From contig OZ025788.1 in assembly GCA_964019425.1 (NCBI GenBank), positions 186,001 to 250,000 of the forward strand: DNA of 64,000 nucleotides, given 5' to 3'. The notes under the pieces were generated by a model. The model did no database searches and was not told the origin of the DNA. It saw only the letters and a program-made list of their open reading frames with translations. Positions 1-12,047 of this stretch are shown here, piece by piece. This DNA comes from Flectonema sp. DT1601. Lineage: Eukaryota. The first letter of the stretch is position 1. Each line of letters opens with the position of its first letter. The position numbers were made by a program, and so were the translations under genes.

Positions 1-304
1 TAGTATCATTCTCCTCCTTAATCATCTCCTAATTTCTCTGAGGACATCCGCAGAGCTCCATGGCTCCACTGGTCTTTGGCCACCGTCCCTCGTACTGATC
101 CTTCGCTTTATATTAACTGTGTCTTGAGATTCCACACCTACTACAAGTAACAGGTAGAGTCAGACGTCCACTGAAGCGGGTGGGTGAAAGGACAGCTAAT
201 GCTGGAATTGACCAAAGAAAAAAAGGGGGGGAAAAAAGATACCAGAAATCTTGGTTTCTTTCTTTTTCTTTCAATAAGTAGAATTAGCCTTTTTTTGAGA
301 AAAG

Positions 305-376
305 GGCTGTTTAGCTCAGTGGTAGAGCACTGCTCCCGTAAAGCAGGGGTCGGGAGTTCGATCCTCCCAGCGGCCT
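305..376 (+). tRNA. tRNA-Thr, anticodon CGT (337-339), with C at position 33
   Basis: Cloverleaf: acceptor GGCTGTT/AGCGGCC, D-arm GCTC-AGTGGTA-GAGC, anticodon stem CTGCT/AGCAG with loop CCCGTAA, T-arm GGGAG-TTCGATC-CTCCC, discriminator T. Confidence 0.93.
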
Positions 377-381
377 TTTTT
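376..381 (+). terminator. Pol III oligo-T terminator of the tRNA gene
   Basis: Run of T directly at the tRNA 3' end. Confidence 0.75.
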
Positions 382-494
382 CTTTCCTTTTCTAATTTTC
401 CATTGCCTGTATGCAAAATGATAATAATAATGAAGCACACAATATGTACACATGATGCAATGTGTAAATGCAACAAATACAAATGCAGAGCTAA

Positions 495-2796
495 TCATTT
501 TGTCAGCCGGGAAAAGGATGGTTTGACGTGTGCAATGGGCGGCAACATTGCACCTCCAACTGAATCAGGTCGTGGGCTGTCAAAAACTGGCACAGAGAAC
601 GGGATATGAGATGGTTCAAAGCCTGCAAAATTAGACAGTGATTCTCTTTTACTTTCACGCAATGATTCTCTCCTTTGTGTTTCGGCTCTGATATTCTTCA
701 ATGAGTTAAGCCTACCATTCGATGAGAAGGATGCCTTCCGAAGCCAACTTCTGTTATTGAGGTCTGTTTCCTGAGCTCTGCTTGCTGTTCGCTTTCGTTC
801 TGTGTTCCCGCTCTCTGACATTTTACGAGAAAATCGCCTGCTAAGTCTTCTCTCCGGATTATTTGCTCTGCCCGGTGATGGAACCGATTCATTCGATATG
901 TCGTCGCAGAAGTTAGGCACCCTCTCTCTTCTGAGGCTTCCGACAGAGGCAACCGATAATCTTTTGCTTTGGAAGGATCGGTTTGAAGAGATTGATGTCC
1001 TGCTTCTTTTTAGTTTTTTTGCTATCTCAATCAATGTCTCTGTGTTTTTTTCAGATGGGCTTGGGTCGAAACGCGGTTCCAAGCCAATTAATGCATCCCT
1101 TTCATTCAGCAAATCACTCAGTTCTTCCAATACAGACACCAGAGACTCATTTACCCCACTGTCAGGTTCACCGTCATTCCTCAGTTGTTCTCGAGCACGA
1201 CGCTTAGCTTCCATCTCGACCTTGCACACCAAAGCTCGTTTCTTTACCAAAACTATCTGCAGTGTTAGGTTGGTCTTTTCCTTGTGCCAGTCAGAGAACT
1301 CTCTGTGGAATCGTCGCCTTTCGATATCATAAAGTTCTGCAAGGCACCTGTGACGAAGTGCAGGTTCAGGGACAACTAACTCCTCCTCAATTAGACGCTT
1401 AATTTCACCTGTTTGTATGATTTTACTTCATTGTTGTTAGTTGACAAAGTCAATGCCACACTTTCGAATTTGACTGCCCAAGTGGAGTTAATCCAAAGGC
1501 TCACTTATCCCTTGCGAGGGGCAGGGGGATTTTTAATGGTATAAAAAATAATTTCGTAGGAACTACTTTTTTCTCCCCGGTTCGTGACAGGCATGACTCA
1601 CGACCAACATTGACCATCGCCAAAAGGTCAACCCTCCAGAGACATGAACTGGTAGCTTGGATGACAAAGAAGGATATCTCGAAGTGGGGGGAAATCCCTA
1701 AGCAGTAACAGCCATGATAAAAGCGGTTGTTGCACAAAATGGAAGGGTAGATCGGGTAGATCCAAAGATCGTGAGACTTTTGCAGAGTTAACAATCCCAC
1801 CCACGAACGTAGACTCAGCAGTTACTGAAGAACGCGGGAACAGACAAGATTTCTTCTGAATCAAACAAACGTGTCACAGGCATCCTAAGGAATTTGGCAA
1901 TATCCTCCCAGCTTCCTCCTTTGGTGAATACTAAAATTATGACTTTTATTTCTCGGCTGATCATCCAGGGCCGGTGATCGACAGGATCGTCTCGAGGTCG
2001 TTCCTAATTACTTTGGTTGGTGGTCGTAACAGAATTACTATTGCAAAAACAAAAACAATCACCCCTAGGAAAACTTAAAATCACCCCCCAACATAATTGC
2101 CATTATGTCAAAATCACGAATTAAAACCAGGTCCACAGCCATTTTAAACCAGAGACAAGAAAAGCATATGGCCTTAACTTCACACTTTTTTTGATAATTT
2201 CGATTTGCCCATCACGGAATGTAATTATCGGAAACTTTCTACTCTGCGAGCGATGAAATGTGCACAGAATTCGTTAATGGCATTAAAGTAACACACCTGT
2301 GGGTCTGTGGGGGTAAGCCTTTTGTATTTCTTCTATTTTCTTATTCTCCCAGTCCGTCCAAGTAGTGTACAGTGCAGCAATCAGTCGCTGCTTCTTATCT
2401 TTCCACATTCGAATAGCTTTTGCGATAATCCTTGTCTTTTGATTGAACTTCCGCAGTTGTATCCGAAAAGTGTTGAAAGATTTTTTCACGCTGAATATTA
2501 AATGCTTCATCACTTCTACAGTGTGATCGATGTCGCTGTTTTAATATCCTTGTTGGTGCATTGCACGAAGGTAACGAACAGCATTCGACATACCATCCCA
2601 TTTCAGCAGGGGCTCTCACCTTGTGTTCATGCGCAAAATGACAGTTGAAGTCTGTCCTCACATCCTCAACCCTTGACTGTTTGTATTTGCTATCAGAACA
2701 ACTCTTTGAATTATTTTGTCAAATTAAGTTTTAATGAATGAATACCTTTATTCTCAATTCTTCAGCATATTCCTTCAAGTCATTTAACTCTATCAT
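495..2796 (-). CDS. Hypothetical protein (~428 aa), helical/coiled-coil N-half and Ser/Arg-rich C-half
   Basis: Exons 2796-2746, 2676-2594, 2535-2297, 1408-495 joined by GT-AG introns of 69, 58 and 888 nt give one open frame uniting ORFs 2395-2661 (part), 2283-2513 and 495-1250. Confidence 0.7.
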
Positions 2797-3025
2797 GTGG
2801 CCCCCGACCTGCTGAAAATAAAGAAGATAAAATTACTCAACCACTCAGGGTCAAATCGTTTTTGATGCAATTTCTTTATGCGGGAAGGCATAATGAGCAT
2901 CGGGGAAAACGAAAGAGTGGTCATCCCACTCCGTTCACATAGCTACAACAAGAATCCACACGCAACACACTCTTCTGTATCAGACTTGCATGAGGCAATA
3001 TTGGCATTGATTACACATGTGTGCC

Positions 3026-4204
3026 TTAACCATGGATTTCGCTCTCCATTTTTGATAAATACCACCGACAGCCAACAGCAGCAGCTACAACAAAGAACGA
3101 AACATATGCAGTAGCTCGTCTTTTCTGAGGTTCAATTTCGGTTTCTGCACTTTGGGTGGAAGTACGTAATTTTCGAGTTGACAGAATTTTATCCAGGGCA
3201 GACGGGTTAACAGGCGATACGAAAAGCGGTGAAGTCCGCGGGTCCACCACACGTGGAGGTTTGTTTCCGTAAGCCATGCGAACCAATTTTTCTGGGGGCA
3301 ACTCACCTGAGAGGCGCAAAGCTTTTTGAATCCAATCGTGAAGAGGCGGATCAGAAGGAATTCGAGACATCATTGCGTAATGCATATCTGCCTCATCATA
3401 CTCCAGCGCCTTTTCCTTTCTGGTCAACGCAGCAGCGACGCACAAGTAGACAGTCATTATTGGTGAGCTTGCAAGACTGAAATCAACTATTCTCTCACAG
3501 ATGTCAATGCGATTTGAGTAATTGTGAGTCATCCACGTTATTAGCCATGGGAGGGCATAGTCGCTGTCCATTCCGTTTTGGCAAAGAGTATCAGATAAGG
3601 CTCCCCCTAGTTCAGGGTCAGCATGATTAAGTAAAGGATGAATGAGTCGTAAGACTTCCTTCATGCGGGCACTACCACCTTCCATCCAAGGCTCGAGGTG
3701 CCACTCTAAAAGACGGTTGAGAACTTTTGCACCTGTAACCTCACCTAAAATGATTACCAGTATTGAAGAAATATCGTGAAGCCCTTGATAGTAATATCTT
3801 GTTGGTTTATCAATGGGTATTTCACCAAAATCAGTAAGAGCAGCAAGAATCATGCGCCTCATACATGTGCGATATTTCTCACGTTCACAATCAGGAATAA
3901 CCGCCAAGGATCTGTTTAGATCCAAGTCAATCTGAGTTCTCTCATGGTGGGCATACTCTTGCAGTACGATGTTATTATTCTTGCCTCCTTCGACTCCTGC
4001 TAACATGGGCCAAGCAAGTGATCTGCAGGCCCTGCAAACAAGCCCTCCTTTTGCTCGTAATGCTACTTCTCTAATAGCGTCAATATTATTATCGTCGATC
4101 ATTTTGAGTATCGATCTCTTCGCTTTTAGCTCAGCCTTTGACAGACATTCCGCTGGTAGACAGTCCCGCTGTGCGATACTATTTGATTGCTGCCTCTTAC
4201 CCAT
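3026..4204 (-). CDS. TBC-domain Rab GAP, TBC1D20/Gyp8-like, with C-terminal hydrophobic anchor
   Basis: TBC motifs QIDLDLNRS and YYYQGLHDI, YALPWLITWMTH, C-terminal YVSFFVVAAAVGCRWY. Start placed at ATG 4204, downstream of a pyrimidine-AG at 4221; the ORF track starts at 4246. Confidence 0.85.
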   Translation of the reverse strand: MGKRQQSNSIAQRDCLPAECLSKAELKAKRSILKMIDDNNIDAIREVALRAKGGLVCRACRSLAWPMLAGVEGGKNNNIVLQEYAHHERTQIDLDLNRSLAVIPDCEREKYRTCMRRMILAALTDFGEIPIDKPTRYYYQGLHDISSILVIILGEVTGAKVLNRLLEWHLEPWMEGGSARMKEVLRLIHPLLNHADPELGGALSDTLCQNGMDSDYALPWLITWMTHNYSNRIDICERIVDFSLASSPIMTVYLCVAAALTRKEKALEYDEADMHYAMMSRIPSDPPLHDWIQKALRLSGELPPEKLVRMAYGNKPPRVVDPRTSPLFVSPVNPSALDKILSTRKLRTSTQSAETEIEPQKRRATAYVSFFVVAAAVGCRWYLSKMESEIHG

Positions 4205-5039
4205 CGAAACATGTGGAGAGCTAGTAGGGGATGAAAATATTCTCAATTTGATGCAGAGTAAAATATCTCACGAGATAAAATGGTCTACCTGGAAACAATA
4301 AACAATAAAACAAACCAACATTTCAATAACATTCTGCTGTACGATACGTTCTTTGTCTTGGGGGTTGGGGATTGGAGGGTCTCGAGGTTTCTTAAACTTC
4401 ATTTTTTTTCTTTTCTTTTTCTTCGTGCGAATCAAATTCCCTTTGAGAAGCCCTCTCAGCGGATTTTTTTTTAATTTTTTTTTTTTATTTCATTTCACGG
4501 AGAGCTGTTAATAAATTGGTTCTATGCCTCAGGTTCTTTCTTAAAAGGCTGTGCTGCCACCTTGCGTGACCAGGTGTGAGTGAAGAAGGGTGGACACGCT
4601 AAAAGAAACTAACAGTTTTGCTTACAAAAACTGAAAGATATCGTAGAAGGAAAGCTGTCTCGTAGCCTTAAAAGGTGCATTAAAACCTACCGCAAAAAGG
4701 CATAACTTTCTCTTCAGGGGGCAACAAACCAACACTACATAATTCAATAACAAAGCCTGGGGGGACGAAGGAGCCAACAACAAAAAAAAAGAAATTAATA
4801 ACAACGAAAAAAGAAAAGGAAAAGAAAGAAAAAAAAAACTCCCTGCCCATTCCCCCCATCCTCGTTGTAAACACCACATAATCAGAAGGAAAAAAGAATA
4901 TTAGAACTGTACGAGGCTGACTACTTTGATTCCACCAAAGAAACAATAAAGGGGATAACACTTACTTCAAACATAAACAGAAGTTGTAATGTGACATTCC
5001 AGAATGAGTAATAACTAACAACACAGAGAAGTCTTCCAC

Positions 5040-6155
5040 TTAGTCGGTGTGCTCCTTCTGTGCAGGCGCACGAGGTCTGAATACAAATGCCGCAACACCT
5101 CCAAGACCAAGCATCCTGTTTGTTATTGTTTATTGAACAACTTGTTTCACAAACGGTAGTCACTATGAATAAAATTACATACACAATGGTAGGAAAGAAC
5201 GGAATTCTGACCCAGTACAGGAAGATGACAGCGCACATGCCTGCGAGGATGCTGTGGAAGAGAACTGAGCGTACGAAGGTCTGTTTGTGTTATTTTATAA
5301 CGTTCAGTTTTAAACGAGTTCAGATAATAAGAACTAAAAACATACCACTGGATTGTCAACAAGTCCCTTGATGTTAGCACCAGCAAGGAAGAGAAGGTAC
5401 AAAAGAACAAGGACTGGGAATCCGAGAAGGCCGGAGAAAAACAACGACATCTGTTTATTGTTTTTGTTATTAAGTTCTAACATAGAAATAAAGAGATAAC
5501 AATACAAAAAATAAAAACATACGGTGGCACTACCACGTTCCTCGTTAGGCTTCATGTCCCATGCCTGTGGTACTCTGCGCTTCCAATCTTTAGTCTCTGC
5601 AAACTCTTGCTTCTGCTTCCAGAGAGGGGATGGAGTGAGGTTGAGGTTTACCTGAACTACATCTTTTTGAACATTCTTTGTAAGGTGTTCATCAGAGATC
5701 AGAACAGCTACTGAGTAGATTCCGGCAACGTTGTGGAAAGATTCTTCGGCATGACGAGGAAGGTCGATGTCGATTTTCATTGAACCAGACTTTACGATTA
5801 ATGGAAACCACACTTCAGCAGTTGTTTCTTTGTGAGTAAATCTTACTGCGGCTTGCTCAAACTTAGTGGCATCACCAGTTGTCGGAATGTTAATATTAAT
5901 TATCTGTCTTTCGTTAAAGTCTAAAACCATACTCTCCGATACTCCCTCCCCACCAAACTGAACTGCTCCGATGTCTATGCTCTTCTTTGATGCAGGAGGG
6001 TCTTTCTTTGGGGTTTCCTTCTTTGGGGCTTCTTTTTTAGGGGTTTCCTTTTTAGGGGCCTCCTTTCCGACGTTTTTCTTGTCGTCTTTACCCTGAGCAC
6101 CCTGTGCGACACTGCATACCAGCAGTGTAATGGCGACGTACACTAATGACCTCAT
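5040..6155 (-). CDS. RPN2: Oligosaccharyltransferase subunit ribophorin II / Swp1-like (~303 aa)
   Basis: Signal peptide MRSLVYVAITLL, KKE(T/A)P repeats, lumenal domain (QAAVRFTH, YSVAVLISD), three C-terminal TM segments (FHSIL...FLYWV). Exons 6155-5523, 5450-5346, 5280-5183, 5115-5040; ends ...AQKEHTD*. Confidence 0.75.
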
Positions 6156-6771
6156 TATTGAGATGACTGTGGGGGAAGTTAAAAGTAATAACAGACGTAA
6201 GTAAAACATTGTTACGTAATCATCGGGTGACATGTTGTGTTGTCCGAAATGAAAATAGTTTTACTCAAGTGGGAGATTAGGCTTCAATGTTTTTGGATTA
6301 AAATTTCTTTTGTGTACCTCACAACCAAACAGCAGTTATAACAGACTCCCAGCTGCTAAGTTTTCTGTGCAAGTTCCTATCGAACTAAAAAAGAAAATTG
6401 AATTTAAAAAGAAAAATCAGTAAGGAAGCAGGTAATTGATACCACAACTCCGTTCAGATTCCTTGGTCACTATTTTGCTGAAGGAAAACAGACAAACAAA
6501 TGTGTTAGTACCTCGGTTCCATGTTAATTTCCGTTTCCCTCAAGAGACAGTAACGGCGAAAACAAGAAAAGGAATAAAAGAAAAAACACCACAAACCAGA
6601 AAAGATACGAATTAAAAAAAAAAAAAAAAAAAAAGAACGAAAAAAAAAAAAAAAAAACGACCTGAACAAAATAAATATTCTCAACAAAATTCATGAATAA
6701 CGTCCTGCGAGATAATACAAGTCGTTTATTCAGTGAGAAAGAAGAAAGGGACATTTCAAATAGACATCTGA

Positions 6772-7641
6772 TTATTCAACACCAGGTGGTGGTGAATGAG
6801 ATGACATAGGAGACACGGTAGGTGTCACATCTGAAGAAGAATTGTTATTACCGCCACCACCTGATGGAAACAACTGACTATTAGATTGCTTTGGTTGATC
6901 TAAATCAGGTTGAGGAATACCTTGTGTTTCACTACCATCTTTCGAAGCAGAAACAACTTCCGAATATGTATTTATCTCATCATCAACTGATGGTGGCATC
7001 TCAGATGTTTGAACTGTTGAAGGAACAGATGCTGGATTATCTTTTAGATTAAAGTTGACGACTGGTTCGGAAGGTCTGCTCTGAGATACAGAAACAGGAA
7101 TAGGAGATGCGTCAGGTAGTTGTTTAGTAACTATCTCTCTGGATTTTAAAAGAGATTCGAGAAATATCGCTGCAACACGAACGTCGTCGGGATGGGATAA
7201 TTTATTAACAAGATTATGAACAGATGACAGAGAAGGATAGATTGAAGTACTATTCGTAGCAGTTGGCCACTGACCAGGAAGATTAACACATCGAAGAACG
7301 GCAGGCGCAGAGCTGCGTGAGTTTCCTAAAAACAAATCATCCTCATCATCAGACATGTCTGGTGGCTCTGGTAAAGGTGAATCAGACCTACCTATTGACT
7401 GACTGACCGCACCAATACGTCCTCTACGTGATGCTGGTCGATTACAATATTCTTCCTCTGAGCAGCAATTTGGATCGACATGCCCTCCTCCTCTTCTTGA
7501 TTTCGGTCGTTCATCACTATTATCATGGGCGATCAAGGTACTTGTTCCATCAACTGCTTCTGGGGATCCAATTTCACCACTCAGTGTATTATGAGAAGGT
7601 TGCTCTGCCCCACTTTCCAAAGGGTCAGGAGCAGATTTCAT
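6772..7641 (-). CDS. Hypothetical Ser/Pro-rich, largely disordered protein
   Basis: Long ORF with two RP(K/A)SRRG motifs. Likely start ATG 7641; the ORF extension upstream reads as AT-rich non-coding sequence. Confidence 0.6.
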   Translation of the reverse strand: MKSAPDPLESGAEQPSHNTLSGEIGSPEAVDGTSTLIAHDNSDERPKSRRGGGHVDPNCCSEEEYCNRPASRRGRIGAVSQSIGRSDSPLPEPPDMSDDEDDLFLGNSRSSAPAVLRCVNLPGQWPTATNSTSIYPSLSSVHNLVNKLSHPDDVRVAAIFLESLLKSREIVTKQLPDASPIPVSVSQSRPSEPVVNFNLKDNPASVPSTVQTSEMPPSVDDEINTYSEVVSASKDGSETQGIPQPDLDQPKQSNSQLFPSGGGGNNNSSSDVTPTVSPMSSHSPPPGVE

Positions 7642-7889
7642 CCTATCGCCTGATGAGGGTGGGGCTGGATAATTAAATTTAAATACCACATTCATAAAAT
7701 AAAAACAAAAGAACAATAACCCACTCGTGGGGGGGTGTTAAGGTAAGAGTAGTCAGTAAAAAGAATTTCTAATCCATAAGTGATAACATCCTCCGTGTAA
7801 TACCAACCTGATTATGGCCTTTTATTGAGGTATGTTGCTACGTACTGTGACGTACAGGATTATATCTTAACAGCCACAGTCGTGTTTAT

Positions 7890-9734
7890 TTATTTCGCAA
7901 AACACTCGGCAGCAGCACTCATCCAGGTCGCACAAGCTAAAGCCCCAGGATCTACAACTCCCTTCACCTTCTCATCTGGAACATACGACGATCTTCCGTG
8001 TGTTGCGATAAGCGAGGCTGTCGATTCCGCTCCACTCTTTGCTGCCGCCGCTGCAATTGACAACGAGCTTCCAGATGTTAGCTCTTCACTTGCAGGAATT
8101 AAAGCATCCATCATTGTGCAAGAACCTATACCAGCACCTGTGTTGTTGTTGTAAACTAAACCCAACAACGTGCAGCAGCAGTAAAAACCAAAACACACAT
8201 AGGCAGAATACATACCTCCGTACTTTCCAAGAGCTTCAACGCCACTATTAAAGGCAGCGATGTAATCCAGAGGAGAGTTCTTTAGTGATGTTGCAGCTGC
8301 TTCGAAGGCGATAGCGTACAGCCCCCCAGAGGTACCTCCCATACTGGCTTCTATCGAACTACTTAGTGAGAGTGCAGTGCGATAAGAGTCAGTGAGTGGA
8401 TACTTTGAAATATCATTTAGTATCTGTTGAGAACCATTTTTGAGAGTAATTCCACAGTCTCCATCGCCAACCATTTCGTCCAGCTTTGTAAGTACAGCCT
8501 CTTGCGATATAATTGAATTACAACAGGCTGTGAGAACTTGTTTAGCTACTTCTGCATTGGCTCCTTCAGTGACAGGAAGTTCTGCGATGTCTCGTTTTTT
8601 GGGCACGGCGATGGGAGTTGCTTCCCAGAAGTTACCAGTTTTCTTAAACGAAGTCCAGCCAGGTGCTGATGTCTGACGGTCAATTAGATCTACTTCATCA
8701 TCACCGACAGGTAATATAGAAATTGAGAACCCGTGCATATCCAGGGATGAGATATATGTTCCTCCACCATGACGAACTACTGTTAGTCCACATGACCTGG
8801 CTGCGTGTAGGGAGTCAGATACTACTTGAGTTAGCTCAATGGGTGTCATGCTTCCCAAATTATTTATAAGTAACACACAATTCTTTTGGATATCATTAAA
8901 GGCACACTTTAAAGAAATATGTTTTATTAATCTCATCGTTAGAATAGATGATGATTCAGAAGGAATGATCATCTTACCTGGTTCACCATGAATACCGAGA
9001 CCTAGTTCCATATGTCCTTTTGGTATTCTGTGTTTTGGTTCCGCTGTTGGTAGCGTGCAGTCAGACAGTGCGACTCCCATTGTCTTTATCGAATTTGCAA
9101 CATCTGCAGCAACCCGACTGACGGTTTCTAAGTTACTTCCGTTTGCCGCACTCGCACATGCCATTTTTACAACAACAACACTTCCTGCAATTCCTCTGCT
9201 TTTCCCCTCAGAGAGTTCCAGTCCACAGTCATCCGCAACGATTACCATGTTTACATTCAGTCCATTTTGCTTTGCTCGTTCAACAGCCATTCCGAAGTGT
9301 AGTCGGTCGCCCATATAATTCATTACAACGACTAGGCAACCAGCCTTACCAGCTACTGTACAGATCGCGTTATAAACTGCATTGGCTGTGGGGCTTGCGA
9401 AAATGTCACCGCAAACAGCGGCTGTCAGTAAACCACCTCCAACCATACCAGCATAGGCTGGTTCGTGACCACTACCTCCACCGCTGATTACAGCAACCTG
9501 TTTTTTTGATGTTTTTTTTGTTATAAAACTGCTTTAGGAAGATTTTTAATCTATTCTGCTGTTACATACATTTGTGTCTTTGACGTTTTCATAGTCACTA
9601 CGAACGACTACCTTAACACCCTGATCATACCCATCTAATCTTAATAAGGCTCCACCAGAACCAGCAATTAGGGCATCAACCGCTCCCTCAACTAGTCGAG
9701 GGCTGCTGTTGTTATTTAAAATATAATTCGACAT
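7890..9734 (-). CDS. DAK: Dihydroxyacetone kinase / triokinase (DhaK-DhaL fusion, ~564 aa)
   Basis: VAVISGGGSGHEP, NYMGDRLHFG, ELGLGIHGEPG, GDGDCG, MGGTSG, GRSSY, DPGA. Exons 9734-9570, 9497-8216, 8137-7890. Confidence 0.95.
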
Positions 9735-10167
9735 CTATTTTTAAACTGTTTTGTCGCAGATAATATGATAATTTATGTCAGGAAGTCAACACCCTTCAAT
9801 GAGACTATTAATACAAGAAAGAGTGATGTAACAAAAATAAAAAAAAGAAAATACAACAACCACATCAATCAGTAATAATTATCTACCAGACGTTTGAAGC
9901 TGATTTCGATCAAGTATAAATAGTTTATCAGGCGGCGAGTCTTATTAAGGGACCCACGTTAAGAAAATCGCTCAGAGGACAGACGGTTGTTACTCAAACG
10001 GTTGGCATGTAGCCAATATAGTAAGGGTATGCGCTATGGAAATCTCAGCTCCATCAAAAAAAAAAAAAAAAAAAAAAATGTCGGTATTGCTTTGTTAATC
10101 GCACGGTTTAAAAAATCAATAATTGGGTTATAGCCAGACAGACAGGTTCCATGAACGAAAAAGATGC

Positions 10168-11661
10168 CTAAATGATACCCGGAATGAATAAAGAAGGAAC
10201 ATGTTTCTTATACTGACTCCACACAGTGTTTCCATACTTAGCTGAACACATCTCGTTATCTCGACCAGCTCTGTGGATAAGTAGAATAGCAAAATATATT
10301 GGGTAGAAGTATGTCAGTAGGGTTCCAAATCTGTTTTGTTTTGTTTTCTTCTTTCTCTCAGCTAAAGAGGTTTTCGCTCTCATCAAAACACAAACAACAT
10401 ACCCAGTGAATAATGACCAGCTCAGACCCATTATCCAGTCACCAGTGTAGTTTATCTTTCTAGCCAATCCCCACCAACCAGAGATGAGTAGTTTTCTTTC
10501 AGGTCTGTTGGTTTCCATAGTTTTGAGATGTGAGACAGAAGGATGCTTAGGATCTCTACGAAAGGCATCCTTCTCACTATTAGCGCATCTAAATATTGTA
10601 TATCCGCACAGACACAAAACAGTAAGAACTCCTGCTGTGAACACACTGAAATCAGGATCTCTATCAACGAGGTATCTACACTGAAGTGTGTATGTGAATG
10701 GAACCCATGCCAAGTCACCAAATGTCAACATAAACCCAAGACCATCTGAAGTGATGTCCATTGTTGTTAATATTGCTTGTTCTTGATAGAGAGCGTCCCA
10801 TACGTATAGGCACTGAAGGATGTTGACCTGTTGTTGGTTTTGTTTTTATTCGGCTTATTTTTTTTCGGAAAAGAACAAACAAAAAGTCAACATATGCATA
10901 CCATAACCATTGAAGGTGATACCGTTCCCTGAAGTTGGTATTGCTTTAACATCATAGCGGCATTTATAACAACCCATCCAATCAACCCTGGACGAAGCTC
11001 ACAGAATTCCTTAAAATCAAAATTTCCAATGCGTGGGTTCAATTCCCTCCCAAGAAAGAAATCATAAATTACGTTTCCAGTAGTTCCTCCGTGGGCTAAT
11101 TGTTTGCCTCCGATGAAGGAGCTGGCGTAGAAATAGATGGAAAGGATAATTGAAAACATGCTGGCGGCACATCCCAACTGCAGGTAGTTATCATAAATAT
11201 AAGTAAGGTCAATCACATTGAGATAATGTGATACAGATAGAACAATAATTGATACCCAAAATTGAAGATGTCCACTCATGACGTAAGTCAATCTTTTCTT
11301 AGAGCCACCAGGTGGTAGTAGCACGCCCTCTACTTTCTTTCCAGGAAGGATTCTTTCAAGCAATACCTGTGGAGTTTGATTATTATTATTTTTTTTAAAA
11401 TTGTCGCTAAAATAACAACTCAAAAAAAAAAAAACACACCTGAAATCCGAACCAGCTAAGTATAACCAAGACGGCATCACCAGAAACTAATTCTTGAAAA
11501 TCAACTTTTGGAATTCGTAAAGTGGTCACATCGGCAGCATGCATGCAGTAATCACTATTACAGTTATCATACAGAAATATAATAACAATCGGAAGAGCAA
11601 TCATCGTCATCAAGGCACCGATCGGACCTCCGAACTCATAATGCGGTAATTGGTTCGTCAT
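10168..11661 (-). CDS. ERG24: Delta14-sterol reductase (ERG24/TM7SF2 family, ~424 aa)
   Basis: YEFGGPIG, GRELNPRIG, FCELRPGLIGW, TMDITSDGLGFMLTFGDLAWVPFTY, SGWWGLARKINYTGD, CSAKYG. Exons 11661-11440, 11366-10902, 10827-10403, 10330-10168. Confidence 0.93.
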
Positions 11662-12047
11662 GGCTGTACAACTGTGAAATGGAAACTTGTATAAAAGTGT
11701 GTAGTGTAACGTTGAATATAACAATTAAAAACCGATTAGTCAGAATAAAGGTAAATGTTAAGAAAGAAAAATAAAAGAAAACAGGCAAATGATAATTGGC
11801 AGGCGTGAATATCAAAAATTTTCACAAAAAAAAAAAAAAAAAAAAAGGAACAAATATATTATTAGTATATTGCACAACTTGTAAAAGTTAAACAAACCAG
11901 ACGATCTCAAAATAAAAACAAAACTAACAAATCGAAACCGAAAATACGAACATAAACAAAAATTAGCAGTCCGGTGATTTTGCACAAAACCACCTGATCG
12001 TGATGAACAAGACGATCCTTGCAGGACTCTAGTCCCCTGTTAAACAT

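Noticed and set aside
1..300. snRNA/7SL gene divergent from the tRNA, as in trypanosomatids
   Set aside because: No recognisable U2, U6, U3, 7SL or SL motif on either strand by eye; an Infernal scan would be needed.
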